Shown: positions 1 to 12,480, counted from the stretch's first letter. The stretch is 64,000 nt of DNA from Scyliorhinus canicula (GCF_902713615.1 NC_052154.1:69708096-69772095); one strand, 5' to 3'. Translations and numbers: made by a program. Notes: generated from the letters alone by a model not told the origin.

Positions 1-19
1 CATTTATGGAACGCCCTTC

Positions 20-660
20 ATCTATAAATGTTGCAACATGCTTTTTGGCATTTACTGCAAGGAGAATGGAATATAAAAGTCGGGAGGTTTTACTGCAGCT
101 GTACAGGTGACACTGCATCTGGAATACTGTGGAAAGTTTTGGCCTCCTTATTTGAAAAATATACATAATTGTTTGAGCAGTTCAGAGGAGGCTCACCCAT
201 CTCATTCATCAGATGATGGGCTTAGCTTATGAAGAAAAGGTTGGACAGGTTGGATCTATACCGACTGGTGTTTAGAAGAGTGAGATGTGATCTTATTGAA
301 ACATATATGATCCTGAGGGGAGTTGTTCGGGTTGATGGGGGGAGGTGGGTCGTTTCCACTTGCGGCAGAGAAAGGACTGGGGGATACAGTTTAAAAATAA
401 GAGGTCTACCGTTTAAAATGGGAACAAAAGAAATCTTTCCTCTCTCAGGGCTATTAATCTATGGAATTCTCTTCCCCAGAAAGCAGTGGAGGCGGGGTCA
501 TTGAATTTATTCAAGAAACAGACAGATTTTTGATAGACACGGGAATCAACAGCAAAGTGGATTTAAGACACAATCAGTTCAACCATGAGCTTACTGAATG
601 GTGGAGTAGGCTCGAAGGGCTGAATGGCCAATTCCTCCTCCTAAATTCGATGCTCCTATG
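20..660 (+). mobile_element. Decayed CR1-clade LINE 3' fragment (duplicated at ~1855-2495)
   Basis: Degenerate CR1 ORF2 C-terminal motifs (RRVRCDLIETYMIL; GYSLKIRG) and a CR1-like 3' UTR. Confidence 0.75.
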
Positions 661-952
661 CTTCATAAAAGAAACAGACATGGAAGGTGGTGCCACTGAG
701 GGAGGGATTAAGGAAGTTTTAACAGGACGAGTGAGAAGAGACACAGGGGACATTAGGCCGGGCAGTTCAAAGACAGGACGGAGGGGCTCTCCCATCCAGG
801 TCAAGGTATAAAATGAGATCAAACACAAAAGAACACAGTCAAAAGACTGAAGATTGCCGAGTGAGGAAATAAGCTGCAAGAAGGTTGTCGAGAAAGGGTG
901 GGGGTGGGGGTAAAATCGTAGAGGGGTTTGAAGCAAAATACTTCAATTGAAA

Positions 953-1622
953 ATAGAACATAGAACAGTACAGCACAGTACAGGCCCTTTGGACCACGAT
1001 GTTGTGCCGACCATTTATCCTAATCTAAGATCAACCTAACCTACACCCCTTCAATTTACTGCTGTCCATTTGCCTATCCAAGAGTTGCTTAAAAGTCCCT
1101 AATGACTCTTACTCCACCACCTCTGCTGGCAGTGCATTCCACACACCTACCACCCTCTGTGTAAAGAACCTACCCCTTACATCTCCCCTATACATTCCTC
1201 CAATCACCTTAAAATTATATCCCCTCGTGACAGCCGTATCCGCCCTGGGGAAAATTCTCTGGCTATTCACTCTATCCATGCCTCGCATCACCTTGTACAC
1301 CTCTAGCAAGTCACCTCTCTTCCTTCTTCGCTCCAGTGAGAAAAGCCCTAGCTCCCTCAACCTTTCTTCATAAGACACACCCTCCAGTCCAGGCAGCATC
1401 CTGGTAAATCTCCTCTGTACCCTCTCCAAAGCATCCACATCCTTCCTATAATGAGGCAACCAGATCTGGACACATAATTCTAAGTGTGGTCTAACTAGGG
1501 TTTATAAAGCTGCAGCAAAACCTCGCGGCTCTTAAACTCAATCCCACTGTTAATGAAAGTCAATACACCATACGCCTTCTTAACAACCCTATCAACCTGG
1601 GTGGCAACTTTGCCGGATCTAT
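953..1622 (-). mobile_element. CR1 LINE 3' fragment with (TAGAACA)n tail, duplicate copy 1
   Basis: ORF 1109-1459 ALERVQRRFTRMLPGL...FFTQRVVGVWNALP; microsatellite tail at ~953. Confidence 0.92.
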
Positions 1623-1718
1623 GGGCGAATTCTCCGCTCCCGGGAAAAATCGGGAGGGCCGTCGTGAACTCGGCCAGGTTTCACGACGGCCTCGGAGGCC
1701 GCTCCTCGCCCCCTATTC
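1623..1718. mobile_element. Truncated left end of a Harbinger-type MITE (duplication breakpoint)
   Basis: Matches the first ~95 bp of the element at 3636, then stops abruptly. Confidence 0.85.
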
Positions 1719-2720
1719 CATTCCCGACTGAAACGCTTCAGAATAGTGAGGTGGGCATCTTTAAGGATCTGATTCTCAGATGTTTTAATGAGTAGCTGTT
1801 TTAGTTGCGGAGTACTACAATTGAACAACCACTTACATTTATGGAACGCCCTTCATCTATAAATGTTGCAACATGTTTTTTGGCATTTACTGCAAGGAGA
1901 ATGGAATATAAAAGTCGGGAGGTTTTACTGCAGCTGTACAGGTGACACTGCATCTGGAATACTGTGGAAAGTTTTGGCCTCCTTATTTGAAAAATATACA
2001 TAATTGTGTGAGCAGTTCAGAGGAGGCTCACCCATCTCATTCATCAGATGATGGGCTTAGCTTATGAAGAAAAGGTTGGACAGGTTGGATCTATACCGAC
2101 TGGTGTTTAGAAGAGTGAGATGTGATCTTATTGAAACATATATGATCCTGAGGGGAGTTGTTCGGGTTGGTGGGGGGGGGTGGGTCGTTTCCACTTGCGG
2201 CAGAGAAAGGACCGGGGGATACAGTTTAAAAATAAGAGGTCTACCGTTTAAAATGGGAACAAAAGAAATCTTTCCTCTCTCAGGGCTATTAATCTACGGA
2301 ATTCTCTTCCCCAGAAAGCAGTAGAGGCGGGGTCATTGAATTTATTCAAAAAACAGACAGATTTTTGATAGACACGGGAATCAACAGCAAAGTGGATTTA
2401 AGACACAATCAGTTCAACCATGAGCTTACTGAATGGTGGAGCAGGCTCGAAGGGCTGAATGGCCAATTCTTCCTCCTAAATTCGATGCTCCTATGCTTCA
2501 TAAAAGAAACAGACATGGAAGGTGGTGCCACTGAGGGAGGGATTAAGGAAGTTTTAACATGACGAGTGAGAAGAAGAGACACAGGGGACATTAGGCCGGG
2601 CAGTTCAAAGACAGGACAGAGGGGCCCTCCCATCCAGGTCAAGGTATAAAATGAGATCAAACACAAAAGAACACAGTCAAAAGACTGAAGATTGCCGAGT
2701 GAGGAAATAAGCTGCAAGAA

Positions 2721-2898
2721 ATGAAATGAAAATGAAAATCGCTTATTGTCACGAGTAGGCTTCAAATGAAGTTACTGTGAAAAGCCCCTAGTCGCCACAT
2801 TCCGGCGCCTGTTCGGGGAGGCTGTTACGGGAATCGAACCATGCTGCTGGCTTGCCTCGGTCTGCTTTCAAAGCCAGCAATTAGCCCTGTGAGCTAAA
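2721..2898 (-). mobile_element. Short tRNA-derived SINE with (TTTCA)n tail, TSD CAAGAA
   Basis: Absent from duplicate copy 1; caagaa at 2715-2720 and 2899-2904; B-box-like GGTTCGATTCC on the minus strand. Confidence 0.92.
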
Positions 2899-2974
2899 CA
2901 AGAAGGTTGCCGAGAAAGGGTGGGGGTGGGGGTAAAGTCGTAGAGGGGTTTGAAGCAAAATACTTCAATTGAAA

Positions 2975-5332
2975 ATAGAACATAGAACAGTACAGCACAG
3001 TACAGTACAGGCCCTTTGGCCCACGATGTTGTGCCGACCATTTATCCCAACCTAACCTACACCCCTTCAATTTACTGCTGTCCATTTGCTTATCCAAGAG
3101 TCGCTTAAATGTCCCTAATGACTCTTACTCCACCACCTCTGCTGGCAGTGCATTCCACACACCTACCGCTCTCTGTGTAAAGAACATCTCCCTTACATCT
3201 CCCCTATACATTCCTCCAATCACCTTAAAATTATGTCCCCCTCGTGACAGCCATTCCCTGGGGAAAATTCTCTCGCTCTCCACTCTAGCCATGCCTCGCA
3301 TCACCTTGTGCACCTCTAGCAAGTCACCTCTCTTCCTTCTTCGCTCCAGTGAGAAAAGCCCTAGCTCCCTTAACCTTTCTTCATAAGACATGCCCTCCAG
3401 TCCAGGCAGCATCCTGGTAAATCTCCTCTGTACCCTCTCCAAAGCATCCACATCCTTCCTATAATGAGGCGACCAGATCTGGACACAATATTCCAAGTGT
3501 GGTCTAACTAGGGTTTATAAAGCTGCAGCAAAACCTCGCGGCTCTTAAACTCAATCCCTCTGTTAATGAAAGTCAATACACCATACGCCTTCTTAACAAC
3601 CCTATCAACCTGGGTGGCAACTTTGCGGGATCTATGGGCGGAATTCTCCGCTCCCGGGAAAAATCGGGAGGGCCGTCGTAAACGCGGCCAAGTTTCACGA
3701 CGGCCTCGGAGGCCGCTCCTCGCCCCCTATTCTCCCCTCCCAGCGGGGCTAGGAGCGGCGCTCCGTAAATCTCGGCCGCCAGGCGGCGCGCCGAGAGTGA
3801 CGCGACGGCAGCGCCTATGTGACGTCAGCCGCACATGCGCAGGTTGGCCGGCTCCAACCCGCGCATGCGCGGCTGACGTCACCACGGCTGACAGCTCGAA
3901 CCCGCGCATGCGTGGTGGCTGTCTTTCCCCTCAGCCGCCCCGCAAGACGTGGTGGCTTGATCTTGCGGGGCGGCGGAGAGGAAATAGTGCGTCCGATTGA
4001 GACGCCGGCCTGACGATCAGTGGGCACCGATCGCGGGCCTGTCCCCTCCCGAGCACAGTCGTGGTGCTCATTCCCCACCAGGCCCCCTACAAGCCCCAAA
4101 ACGGGCATCTCACGGGGATTTCACGACAGCAGCGACCAGGTGTGGTTGCCACCGTCGTGAAACGGTCGCGAACGGCAGGCCGCTCGGCCCATCAAGGTTG
4201 GAGAATCGGCGGTCGCCGTGAAAAACGGCGAGCGGCGATTCTTCCAAGCGGGGTGTGGGAGAATCGCGGGGGGCGCCAGGGGGTCATGAAATTAGTCGGC
4301 GTGGGGAGCGGAGAATCACACCCTATGTACATGGACTCCAAGATCCCTCTGTTCCTCCACACTTCCAAGAATCCTGCCTTTAACCCTGGATTCAGCATTC
4401 AAATTCGACCTTCCAAAATTAATCACTTCACATTTATCTAGGTTGAACTCCATCTGCCACTTCCCAGCCCAGCTCTGTATCCTGTCAATGACCTGTTGTA
4501 ACCTGCAACAGCCCTCAATGCTATTTACAACTCCCCCAACCTTCGTGCCATCGGCAAACTTACTAACCCACCCTTCCACTTCCTCATCCAAGTAATTTAT
4601 AAAAACCACAAAAAGCAGAGGTCCCAGAATAGATCCCTGCAGGACACCACTGGTCACTGGCCTACAGGCGGAATACTTTCCATCCACTACCACTCACTGT
4701 CTTCTTTTGGCCAGTCAATTCTGTATCCAGACAGCCAAATTTCCCTGTATCCCATGCCCCCTAACTTTCTGAATGAGCCTACCATGGGGAACCTTATCAA
4801 ATGCCTTACTGAAATCCATATACACCACATCCACTGCACGACCTTCATCAATGTGTCTCGTCACATTCTCAAATAATTCAATGACGCTTGTGAGGCATGA
4901 CCTGCCCCTCACAAATCCATGCTGACTATCTTTAATCAAACTATGTTTTTTGAAATAATCATAAATCCTAACTCTCAGAATCCTTTCCAATATTTTGCTC
5001 ACCACAGACGTAAGACTGATGGGTCTGTAATTCCCAGGGATTTCCCTATTCCCTTTCTTGAACAGGGGAACAACATTCGCCTCCCTACAACTATCCTGAA
5101 CTACTCCAAAGGAGAGTGTGGACGCAAAGATCACCGCCAATGGTGCAGCAATCTCCTCCCTCACTTCCTGTAGTAACTTTGGGTATATCCCATCCGGCCC
5201 AGGGGACTTATCTATCCTGATGATTTTCAAAATTTCCAGCACATCCTCCTTTTTAATATAAACCTATTTGAGTCTATTAACCTGGTTCACACTGTTCTCA
5301 TGCGCAACAAGATCCCTCTCTCCGAGTGAAAA
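2975..5332 (-). mobile_element. 5'-truncated CR1 LINE (RT domain to 3' tail) interrupted by a MITE
   Basis: ORFs 4715-5242 (KSPGPDGI, NYRPISLTS, YMDFSKAFDKVPH), 4316-4693 (QGSILGPLLF, KFADGTK) and 3125-3496; contains stops and frameshifts. Confidence 0.95.
3636..4323. mobile_element. GC-rich PIF/Harbinger-type MITE, 688 bp, TSD TAT
   Basis: TIR gggcggaattctccgctccc / gggagcggagaatcacaccc. Removing it and one TAT restores the CR1 frame (HVHRS). Confidence 0.93.
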
Positions 5333-5674
5333 TGCCAAGAGGCAGGAATCCAGTGCTGGTCAACTAAGTTCAGACAGTAATAATTAGGTGGGAGTTTGTA
5401 TAGGACAGAACGTGTGTGTCTTTTGGACAAGTTGGAGTTTGTAGATGTGGCAGGTTGAAGACAGTAAGGTGGATAATTAAATTGGCTGAGGTAAGCATGG
5501 AGTGGAGCAATGTTGCATACATGGAAATGGGTCGAATGTAACATTTGAAACTCAGCGAAGGGTAATGCAGGATTTCTAAATCTCACACAGTTCAGCGTGA
5601 GTGGGTGACCTTTTAAATTAATTAAATTAAATTTTTACTCTAGTTCCTAGGAAAAATGACAATATAAAATCACG

Positions 5675-6318
5675 GGGCTGGATTCTCTGATTCTCAGGCT
5701 ATATCCTGACGCCGTGGGAACGGTGGCCTTTTATGAATGAAAATTCAGTGCAAAACGGCCTCCGATCCTCCATTTGGCTGGAGGCTAACATGCAGGCAGC
5801 GTAGAGCATCAGGCTCCAGCTGCCGATACGGCCAGAGAATTGCCGAGTCCGTGGCCGTGCATGCGCACGGCGATGGCCTGCAGCGGCCGCGCCATGCAAT
5901 ATGCCATTGGCCGTAGGCGGACCCGGCCTGCCAAATAGTGTCCCCCCCCCTTGGCCAGCTCGTGACCCCGGATCACCCCCCCCAACAGGGCCCCCAGCCC
6001 CTGCCAAAGTGGATCAGCCCTCCCCCAACTGTGGCTGCGCTTGATTGAGTCCGCAGTCACCAGAGTTCCTGACAAGTAATACCATGTGAGTCCCACGACT
6101 TCGGAAACTCAGTCGGTTGAGGGTGGAGCATCAGGGGGAGGGCCTCAGGCGACGTCCTGAGGCCGTCGATATGGCACGCAGCGTACTCCTAGAGTACGCC
6201 GCTTTGGAGGGTGCGGAGCATCTCGAAAGTGGCACCGCCTGAGATTTCGGCGTGAACTTTGATTCTCCGGCCGATCGCCGAGTGCGATTTTGGCGTCGCC
6301 GACCCGCGAATCCCGCCC
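5675..6318. mobile_element. GC-rich Harbinger-type MITE
   Basis: TIR gggctggattctc / gcgaatcccgccc; TSD imperfect (ACG/AAG). Confidence 0.8.
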
Positions 6319-6579
6319 AAGGTGTCCATGATTTCTATCCTTTCCTGAACTCGAAGATCAAAGATGGGACTAAATTAGACAGTCTCTGAAAATGGATGTG
6401 CGGGATGTATGATGCACGTGCGATTCTCCCATTCCCATTCAATGTGACACAGTCAACTTGTCAACTTGATGCCATAAACTCAATACCATGATGGCAACCA
6501 GCCAAGCGCCAATCTGGATTTTCAGTGGCCACATGCCTCAGCAGGAGTGGCCAATCATGTGAAAGGCTGGCACAAGTTA

Positions 6580-6740
6580 ATGCTAGAAAATATTGGAAAT
6601 ACTCAGTCGGTCAGGCTGCATCTGTGGAGACGGAAGCAAAGTTCTGGCCGATGTCCTTTCATCCAAACTCTGCTTCTCTGTCCACAGGTACTACCAGATC
6701 TGCTGAGTATTTCCAGCATTTCCTGTTTTCATTTCCAATT
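6580..6740. mobile_element. Inverted-repeat relic, probably Penelope-like
   Basis: ggaaatactcag...catctgtggaga paired with tccacaggtact...ctgagtatttcc; related to 15191-15360 and ~26440-26530. Confidence 0.55.
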
Positions 6741-7280
6741 TAGTACTGTATTTCCTTTTATCTGAATTAAAGCTGGCATGCACTTAAAACCAGCCTGTCC
6801 CTCTCAAAGGGGGTGTGTATTTTGGCTGCCGCAGGTGGTAAAATCTTGGTTCAGGTCACTTTGACTTGGAAGAAGACTGATTAATGGCACAGCATGAGTA
6901 AGTGTGGCCTCAAAGGTGTACACTTGGCCTTGGCGGGGGGGGGGGGGGGGGGGGGGGGGGGAACGACAAAGGCATGGATGAGGGTTTTAGCAGTACATGA
7001 GGAGAGACGGGGTAAAGTCGGGCAATGATATGGGAGGTGGAAATACGTGGCCTAAGTCTTAGCACAAGTATGAGGTCGGAAAATCCCACCTCAAGGTTGG
7101 GAACAGAATGGTTTAATATCAGAGCATTGTCAGACAGAAAGATTGAGTCAATACTCAAGATTCATTGCCTCACCTCACCCTCACACACTTCGTACTCAGT
7201 GCCAGCTATTCAACCAGGACAACTGCATCACTCAAACACATTGCACCACACTCACTCACACACTTCCTCGCCTCTCTCAG

Positions 7281-7400
7281 GAAAAGATGATGCACAACAG
7301 GAGGCAGCTGGATGTAACCAGTGAGGGACAGGTGCTGCATGTCCCAACCCCTGTGAAGGAGATGGTGCATGCCAACATTGCAGCAGTCATTGCTGAGACT
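7281..7400 (+). pseudogene. Relic of Harbinger Myb/SANT-gene exon 2
   Basis: ctctctcag|GAAAAG acceptor followed by EKMMHNRRQLDVTSEG..., homologous to EKLFHNRRARAQTGGG at 51975. Confidence 0.6.
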
Positions 7401-7640
7401 GCGAGGAGATTTCATCGAGGTGTTTAAAATCACGTGGGGTCCAATCAGACCAGATAAAGAGATGGGGTCAAAAACTGGAGAGCACCAATTTAAGGTGACT
7501 AGCGAAAGAACCAATGATACCATGAGGAAGAACATTTTTATGCAGCGAGAGGTTAAGATCTGGGATGGACTGCCTAACAGTGTGGTGGAGGCAGATTTAT
7601 TCAGAGCTCTTGAAAGGACATTGGGTAAGCACCCTGTAAG
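7400..7640 (+). mobile_element. Old CR1 fragment
   Basis: LRGDFIEVFKI...FMQREVKIWDGLP. Confidence 0.75.
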
Positions 7641-7709
7641 GGACCTTCCTGTTAATTCCCTTATTTCCCCTTTCATTCATTTAGGGTCCATGGATGATTA
7701 ACGGACATG

Positions 7710-8425
7710 TATTTTTAAGGCAAGCAGCAGAGAGAATGAGGACAATGAGGAGAGAGCACTCCGCTAGTCTCTGCTCATTTGAACAGGCGCTTCACACTTT
7801 TCGGCACCAGAGGGAGAGATGGGGTGAGATTCGGTTTGATCGTTTGGCTGGTGGGCAATGAATTGGCCCAAAAGGTCATACTCTGCATGGCAACAGGTGA
7901 TGACTGGATCTCATCCCAGTGGAATCATTTTCAGAGCTCAGTTTGACTCCTGGCACAAGGACAAGGTCCTACTCTCTCCCCTTTTCTCCAGAAAGGCTAC
8001 GCGTACTGCTTTCCTAGAACTCCAGAGAACCTGAATGAATGAATCTATAGGAAAACCATTACAGGCTGCAGACAAAGACAAAGACCTACTCTCTCGCCCC
8101 AGAAAGGCTGTGAGGGCTGTCTTTCTGAAACAACAAAGACTTGAATTAATCTGCAGTTAAAAAAAACCCCACAAACTCAAAGCAAAGCTTGAAGAGGGAG
8201 GAAGGTGCTGGAAACAACCGTCTGAAACAAAAACTCTTTTTCCTTTTACTTCTGATTCTTTTTACCCTTTTCTTCCCGTGTGTGGCTGTCTTGTGTGTAG
8301 AGAGTTGGGGGAAAGTTAAAGTGGGGAATTAGGGATGAGATAATAGTATTTGCTGCATATTTCATTACCGTTCTTGTTATTAATAAACAGTAATCGTGTT
8401 TACATTTACAAACTTGGTGACTTAA
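7710..8425 (+). mobile_element. Possible LTR-like repeat
   Basis: Internal degenerate direct repeat (~7955-8040 and ~8072-8150) and AATAAA near the 3' end; termini not defined. Confidence 0.3.
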
Positions 8426-8507
8426 TTATCTACTGAACATGTTTTTAGCTGTATGTATCTTAAACAGGGCATTAACTGCAACATTGAGCTCCAAAATGGC
8501 AGACCTG

Positions 8508-9223
8508 GACCAGGATTCTCACCTACCCGGCGGAGCGGAGGATCCCGGCGTACCGGAGTGGCGAGAACCACTCCGGCGACGGGCCTCCCCAAAGGTGCGG
8601 AATTCTCCGCACCTTTAGGGGCTAGGCCCGCGCCGAAGTGGCTCCCGCTCCGCCGACTGGCGGCAACAGCCTTTGGCACCCCGCCGACCGGCGTCGGGGC
8701 TGGCCGAAAGGCCTTCGCCAGTCGGCGTGAGTCCGCGCATGCACCGCAGTGTCAGCGGCCGCTGATGTCACCACCGGCGCATGCACGGTGGAGGGGGTCT
8801 CTTCCGCCTCCGCCATAGTGGAGGCCGTGGCGGCGGCGGAAGAAAAAGAATGCCCCCGTGGCACAGGCCTGCCTGCCGATCGGTGGGCCCCGATCGTGGG
8901 CCAGGCCACCGTGGGGGCACCCCCCAGGGCCAGATCACCCCCCCCCCCACCCTCCCTCCAGGACCCTGGGGCCCGCTCGTGCCCCTGCTCCTGCCGGCAC
9001 CAGAGGTGGTTTAAACCACGTCGGCGGGAGAGGCCTGAGAGCGGCAGGACTTCGGCCCATCGCGGGCCGGAGAATCGCCGAGGGGGGGCCCGCCGACCGG
9101 TGCGGCGCGATACCCGCCCCTGCCAATTCCCGGCTGGCGGAGAATTCCGGCCACGGCGGCGGCGGAATTTACGAAGGCCCCGGGCGATTCCCCGACCCTG
9201 CGGGAGGTCGGAGAATTCCGCCC
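8508..9223. mobile_element. GC-rich Harbinger-type MITE
   Basis: TIR gaccaggattctc / gagaattccgccc; TSD CTG/CGG; same family as 19958, 62623 and 63324. Confidence 0.88.
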
Positions 9224-9257
9224 CGGTGTCAAATCAGCATTGCATACTGATGGGCGT

Positions 9258-9762
9258 CATAGAACATTACAGCGCAGTACGGGCCCTTCGGCCCTCGATG
9301 TTGCGCCGACCTGTGAAACCATCTGAAGCCTATCTGACCTACACTATTCCATTTTCATCCATATGTCTATCCAGTGACCACTTAAATGCCCTTAAAGTTG
9401 GCGAGTCTACTACTATTGCAGGCAGGGCGTTCCACACCCCTACTACTCTCTGAGTAAAGAAACTGCCTCTGACATCTGTCCTATATCTACCACCCCTCAA
9501 TTTAAAGCTATGTCCCCTCGTGTTGGTCATCACCATCAGAGGAAAGAGACTCTCACTGTCCACCCTATCTAACCCTCTGACTATCTTATATGTCTCTATT
9601 AAGTCACCTCTCAGCCTTCTCCTCTCTAACGAAAACAACCTCAAGTCCCTGAGCCTTTCCTCGTAAGACCTTCCCTCCATACCAGGCACCATCCAGTAAA
9701 CCATACCAGTAAATCTCCTCTGAACCCTTTCCAAAGCTTCCACATCCTTCCTATAATGTGGT
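9258..9762 (-). mobile_element. CR1 LINE 3' fragment
   Basis: ORF 9339-9743 ALERVQRRFT...LRGDLIETYKI...WNALP; tail at 9258. Confidence 0.92.
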
Positions 9763-9844
9763 CATTGTCTGCCTGTTCTGTAAACTTCCAGTGGATATTT
9801 ACTGCGTGTATGTGCCAAGGCTTTCACTAATATGGCATTGCATG

Positions 9845-10010
9845 CTGGTTTGGCTCAGTGGGCTAGACAGCTGGTTTGTGATGCAGAACAAAGCCAGCAG
9901 CGCGGGTTCAATTCCCGTACCAGCTTACCCGGACAGGTGCCGGAATGTGGCAGCTAGGGGCTTTTCACAGTAACTTCATACTTGTGACAATAAAGGATTT
10001 TTATTATTAT
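9845..10010 (+). mobile_element. Short tRNA-derived SINE, related to the 2721 family
   Basis: gctggtttggctcagtggg A-box, ggttcaattcc B-box, tail acttgtgacaataaa + (TTA)n. Confidence 0.85.
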
Positions 10011-10139
10011 CATGCACAAATTTTGATCTCAGCATAGTGACGAAGAAAATGGCATCCAAATTTTGTGACACGTGTTTAAGCTGAAGTTTTTCACCAATTT
10101 TACATAGATTTTCCACATTGTGGAGAGGGATTGTACTTA

Positions 10140-10470
10140 TCGGAAATCATAGGACATAGGAGCAGGAGATGGCCATTCAGCCCTCAACCCTCAATTATTC
10201 AGTAGAATCACGGCTGATCTCATTGTGATCTCAACTGCACTTTCCTGTCCCTCCCTCATAACCCTGGATTGCCTTGTCTATCAAAATCCTAACTAACCCT
10301 TCCTTGATTCCACAGACTAATGACCCACTGAGAAAGAAATTCTCTTCAACTCCATCTGAAAAGAAACTCTTATTCATAAACTGTTCTCGTTCACGTCCAC
10401 CCCATCAGTGAAAAAAAAATCTCTTGGTATCTACCCTGTCAAGACTCCTCAGGATCTTCAATATATAACT
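10140..10470 (-). mobile_element. Old CR1 3' fragment
   Basis: cataggacataggagcaggag...ggccattcagccc tail and decayed ORF2 end. Confidence 0.6.
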
Positions 10471-10668
10471 GGTGGATGGAGGTTTGGGCTACCAGTCCGT
10501 TAACCACATTCAAATTAATGCATAAAGCTGATTGCATATTCCCACGGGCGGGGCTGGGAAACCCGCTATGGCTGGTGAGCAGAACCAGAGACCGTGGGCG
10601 GGTCTGCTGCCTGGCGCCGATCCCGTTTTTCAGCCAATGAGGGATTCTCCACCCAATTGGGATTCCTG

Positions 10669-11262
10669 GGACGGGATTCTCCACTTGCCGACGCCGATTT
10701 AGTGCGGAGAATCCCTTTTTATGACCGAATCGGGATGGCGTCCGTTTTCAGATGCTCCGCCCCCTCCAAACCAGCATCATCGGGGAGTACGCCACGCCTC
10801 ATTGGGGAGGTCTCTGGACGTCACCTGAAGGCCCTCCCCCAATGCTCCTCCCCTGAAGGGCCGAGTTTCCAACGGTGGGGCACACGTTTGCTTTCAGTTT
10901 TCGGGACCTCGCGTGGTGGCTGCGGACTGTGCCGTGCCGGTGGCCCGGGGGGCTTCGTCGAGTGCTGGGGGTACTGGTGGGGGATGGTGAGGGAGAGTGT
11001 AAGGGGGAACAATCTGTCATGTCGGGTCCGCGCACGGCCGGCACGTGTTGTATGGCCCAATTGCTGCAGGTCGCCACCGTGCACCTGCATGGCCATTCTC
11101 CGGCCGTTATTGGCACGGGAGCCGGGAGTTCTACCTGGCACCGCTGCTAGCCCCTCACCAGTCCCGGAATCGGTGAGGGTTTGCGCCGATTTTGACGTTG
11201 TTAAACGGCACAGTTCCCACGCCGACGTTGGCATTTAGCCGCAGAATCGGAGAATCCAGCCC
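10669..11262. mobile_element. GC-rich Harbinger-type MITE, TSD CTG
   Basis: TIR ggacgggattctcc / ggagaatccagccc; ctg at 10666-10668 and 11263-11265. Confidence 0.9.
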
Positions 11263-11889
11263 CTGATCTTAGCGGTGGAGAGCAGACAATTTCACCCTTC
11301 AACACCATGATGGCCAGGAATTTCCTTGAAGCTACTTCTGCTCTACTACCATAACTTCACCAGCCTTGTGCCAGAAACTCTGGTGACAGGCTTAGGTTGC
11401 ACCTCCAGAAAGTTTACAACCTTGGAACGGGCTATTCTGAGGACACTCCCAGCATTATTGATGATTGTTATCCTCTCCAAGTTTAATAAGGAAATATCAT
11501 GGCAGCTCACACTGTGATAGAACTAATAAGGATGGAACCAGTTCAAAGTAGGTGGACGATTTTGACACTCCTCACAACAGCAAGTACTAGTTATTGTAAG
11601 GGAAGTCATGCAACCGTGCTAAATAAATATCATTGCAAAACTGCCGGCACTGTCAAATGGAACAAGCACCTTTAGATGCAGGCCAGTGTTTAGATCTTGC
11701 TTGTGTTTTCTGGGGAAAGGAACTCAACACTAAGCTGGCAGTAAACAATGCAGATCAATATTTATATTCTAAAACTGATTTTAAGAAGCTCAGTTTTTGC
11801 GTACACACCAAACGGAAATGTTCCTTGAAAGAACTCTTAGCGACAGCAAATTTAGAAATATAAATCAATCATTTTGTTAATAATTTGAG

Positions 11890-12480
11890 ACTAGGAACTG
11901 TAAAGGAGCAAAGGAATTGGAATTGTGAGAATGTACAGTAATCAGTGAACACGAGTGCGCAGGTACAAAAGGTTATTTAAAAAGCTAATAGGCCATTGGC
12001 CTTAACCTCAAATGGGCTACAATACCAAGGTGAGGATTTGATGCTTCAGTTGTACAGAGCTTTGGTCAGACTCCATCTTGTGTTCAGTTCTGGGTCGGTA
12101 TTGCAGTGCAGGTTTACCAGAATGATGCCAGGGTAAAAGGGTTAAATCATGAAAACAGTTTGCATAAGCTGGTTCCTGGAATTGTTTGAGTTTTGATAGT
12201 TAACGGGTGATCTTAGACGTGCTGGTATAGTGAGAAGGGATTTTAATAAAGTAAATACAGAAAAGCAATTTGTTAGATCAGTGCAGGACAAAGGGGCACA
12301 TCTTAAAATCAAAGCTGAGCCATTCAGCAGTAAAATCAGGAAACCCATTTTCAGATAAAGGGTGGTCTGAAACTCTCTCTCTTGCTCCCCCCCCCCCCCC
12401 AAAAAAACTGGATGTTTGGCCAATTGAAGCCTTCCAGGTAGTTTCGTAGATTTTTGTGGGGTAGGGATATCAAGTGATTT
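11890..12480 (+). mobile_element. Old CR1 fragment
   Basis: Decayed ORF2 motifs (LYRALVRLHL; FTRMMPG). Confidence 0.6.

Larger units (their letters stand above)
1..3732. repeat. Tandem duplication, period ~1835 bp (copy 1: 1-1718; copy 2: 1836-3732)
   Basis: catttatggaacgcccttcatc at both 1 and 1836; copies are collinear and highly similar up to a breakpoint inside a MITE. Confidence 0.93.

Noticed and set aside
8749-9453. Long Pro/Gly/Arg/Ala-rich ORFs (also 10594-11238, 20103-20675, 46609-47226, 62481-63257)
   Set aside because: They lie within GC-rich MITEs where stops are rare, overlap on both strands and show no domain motifs.
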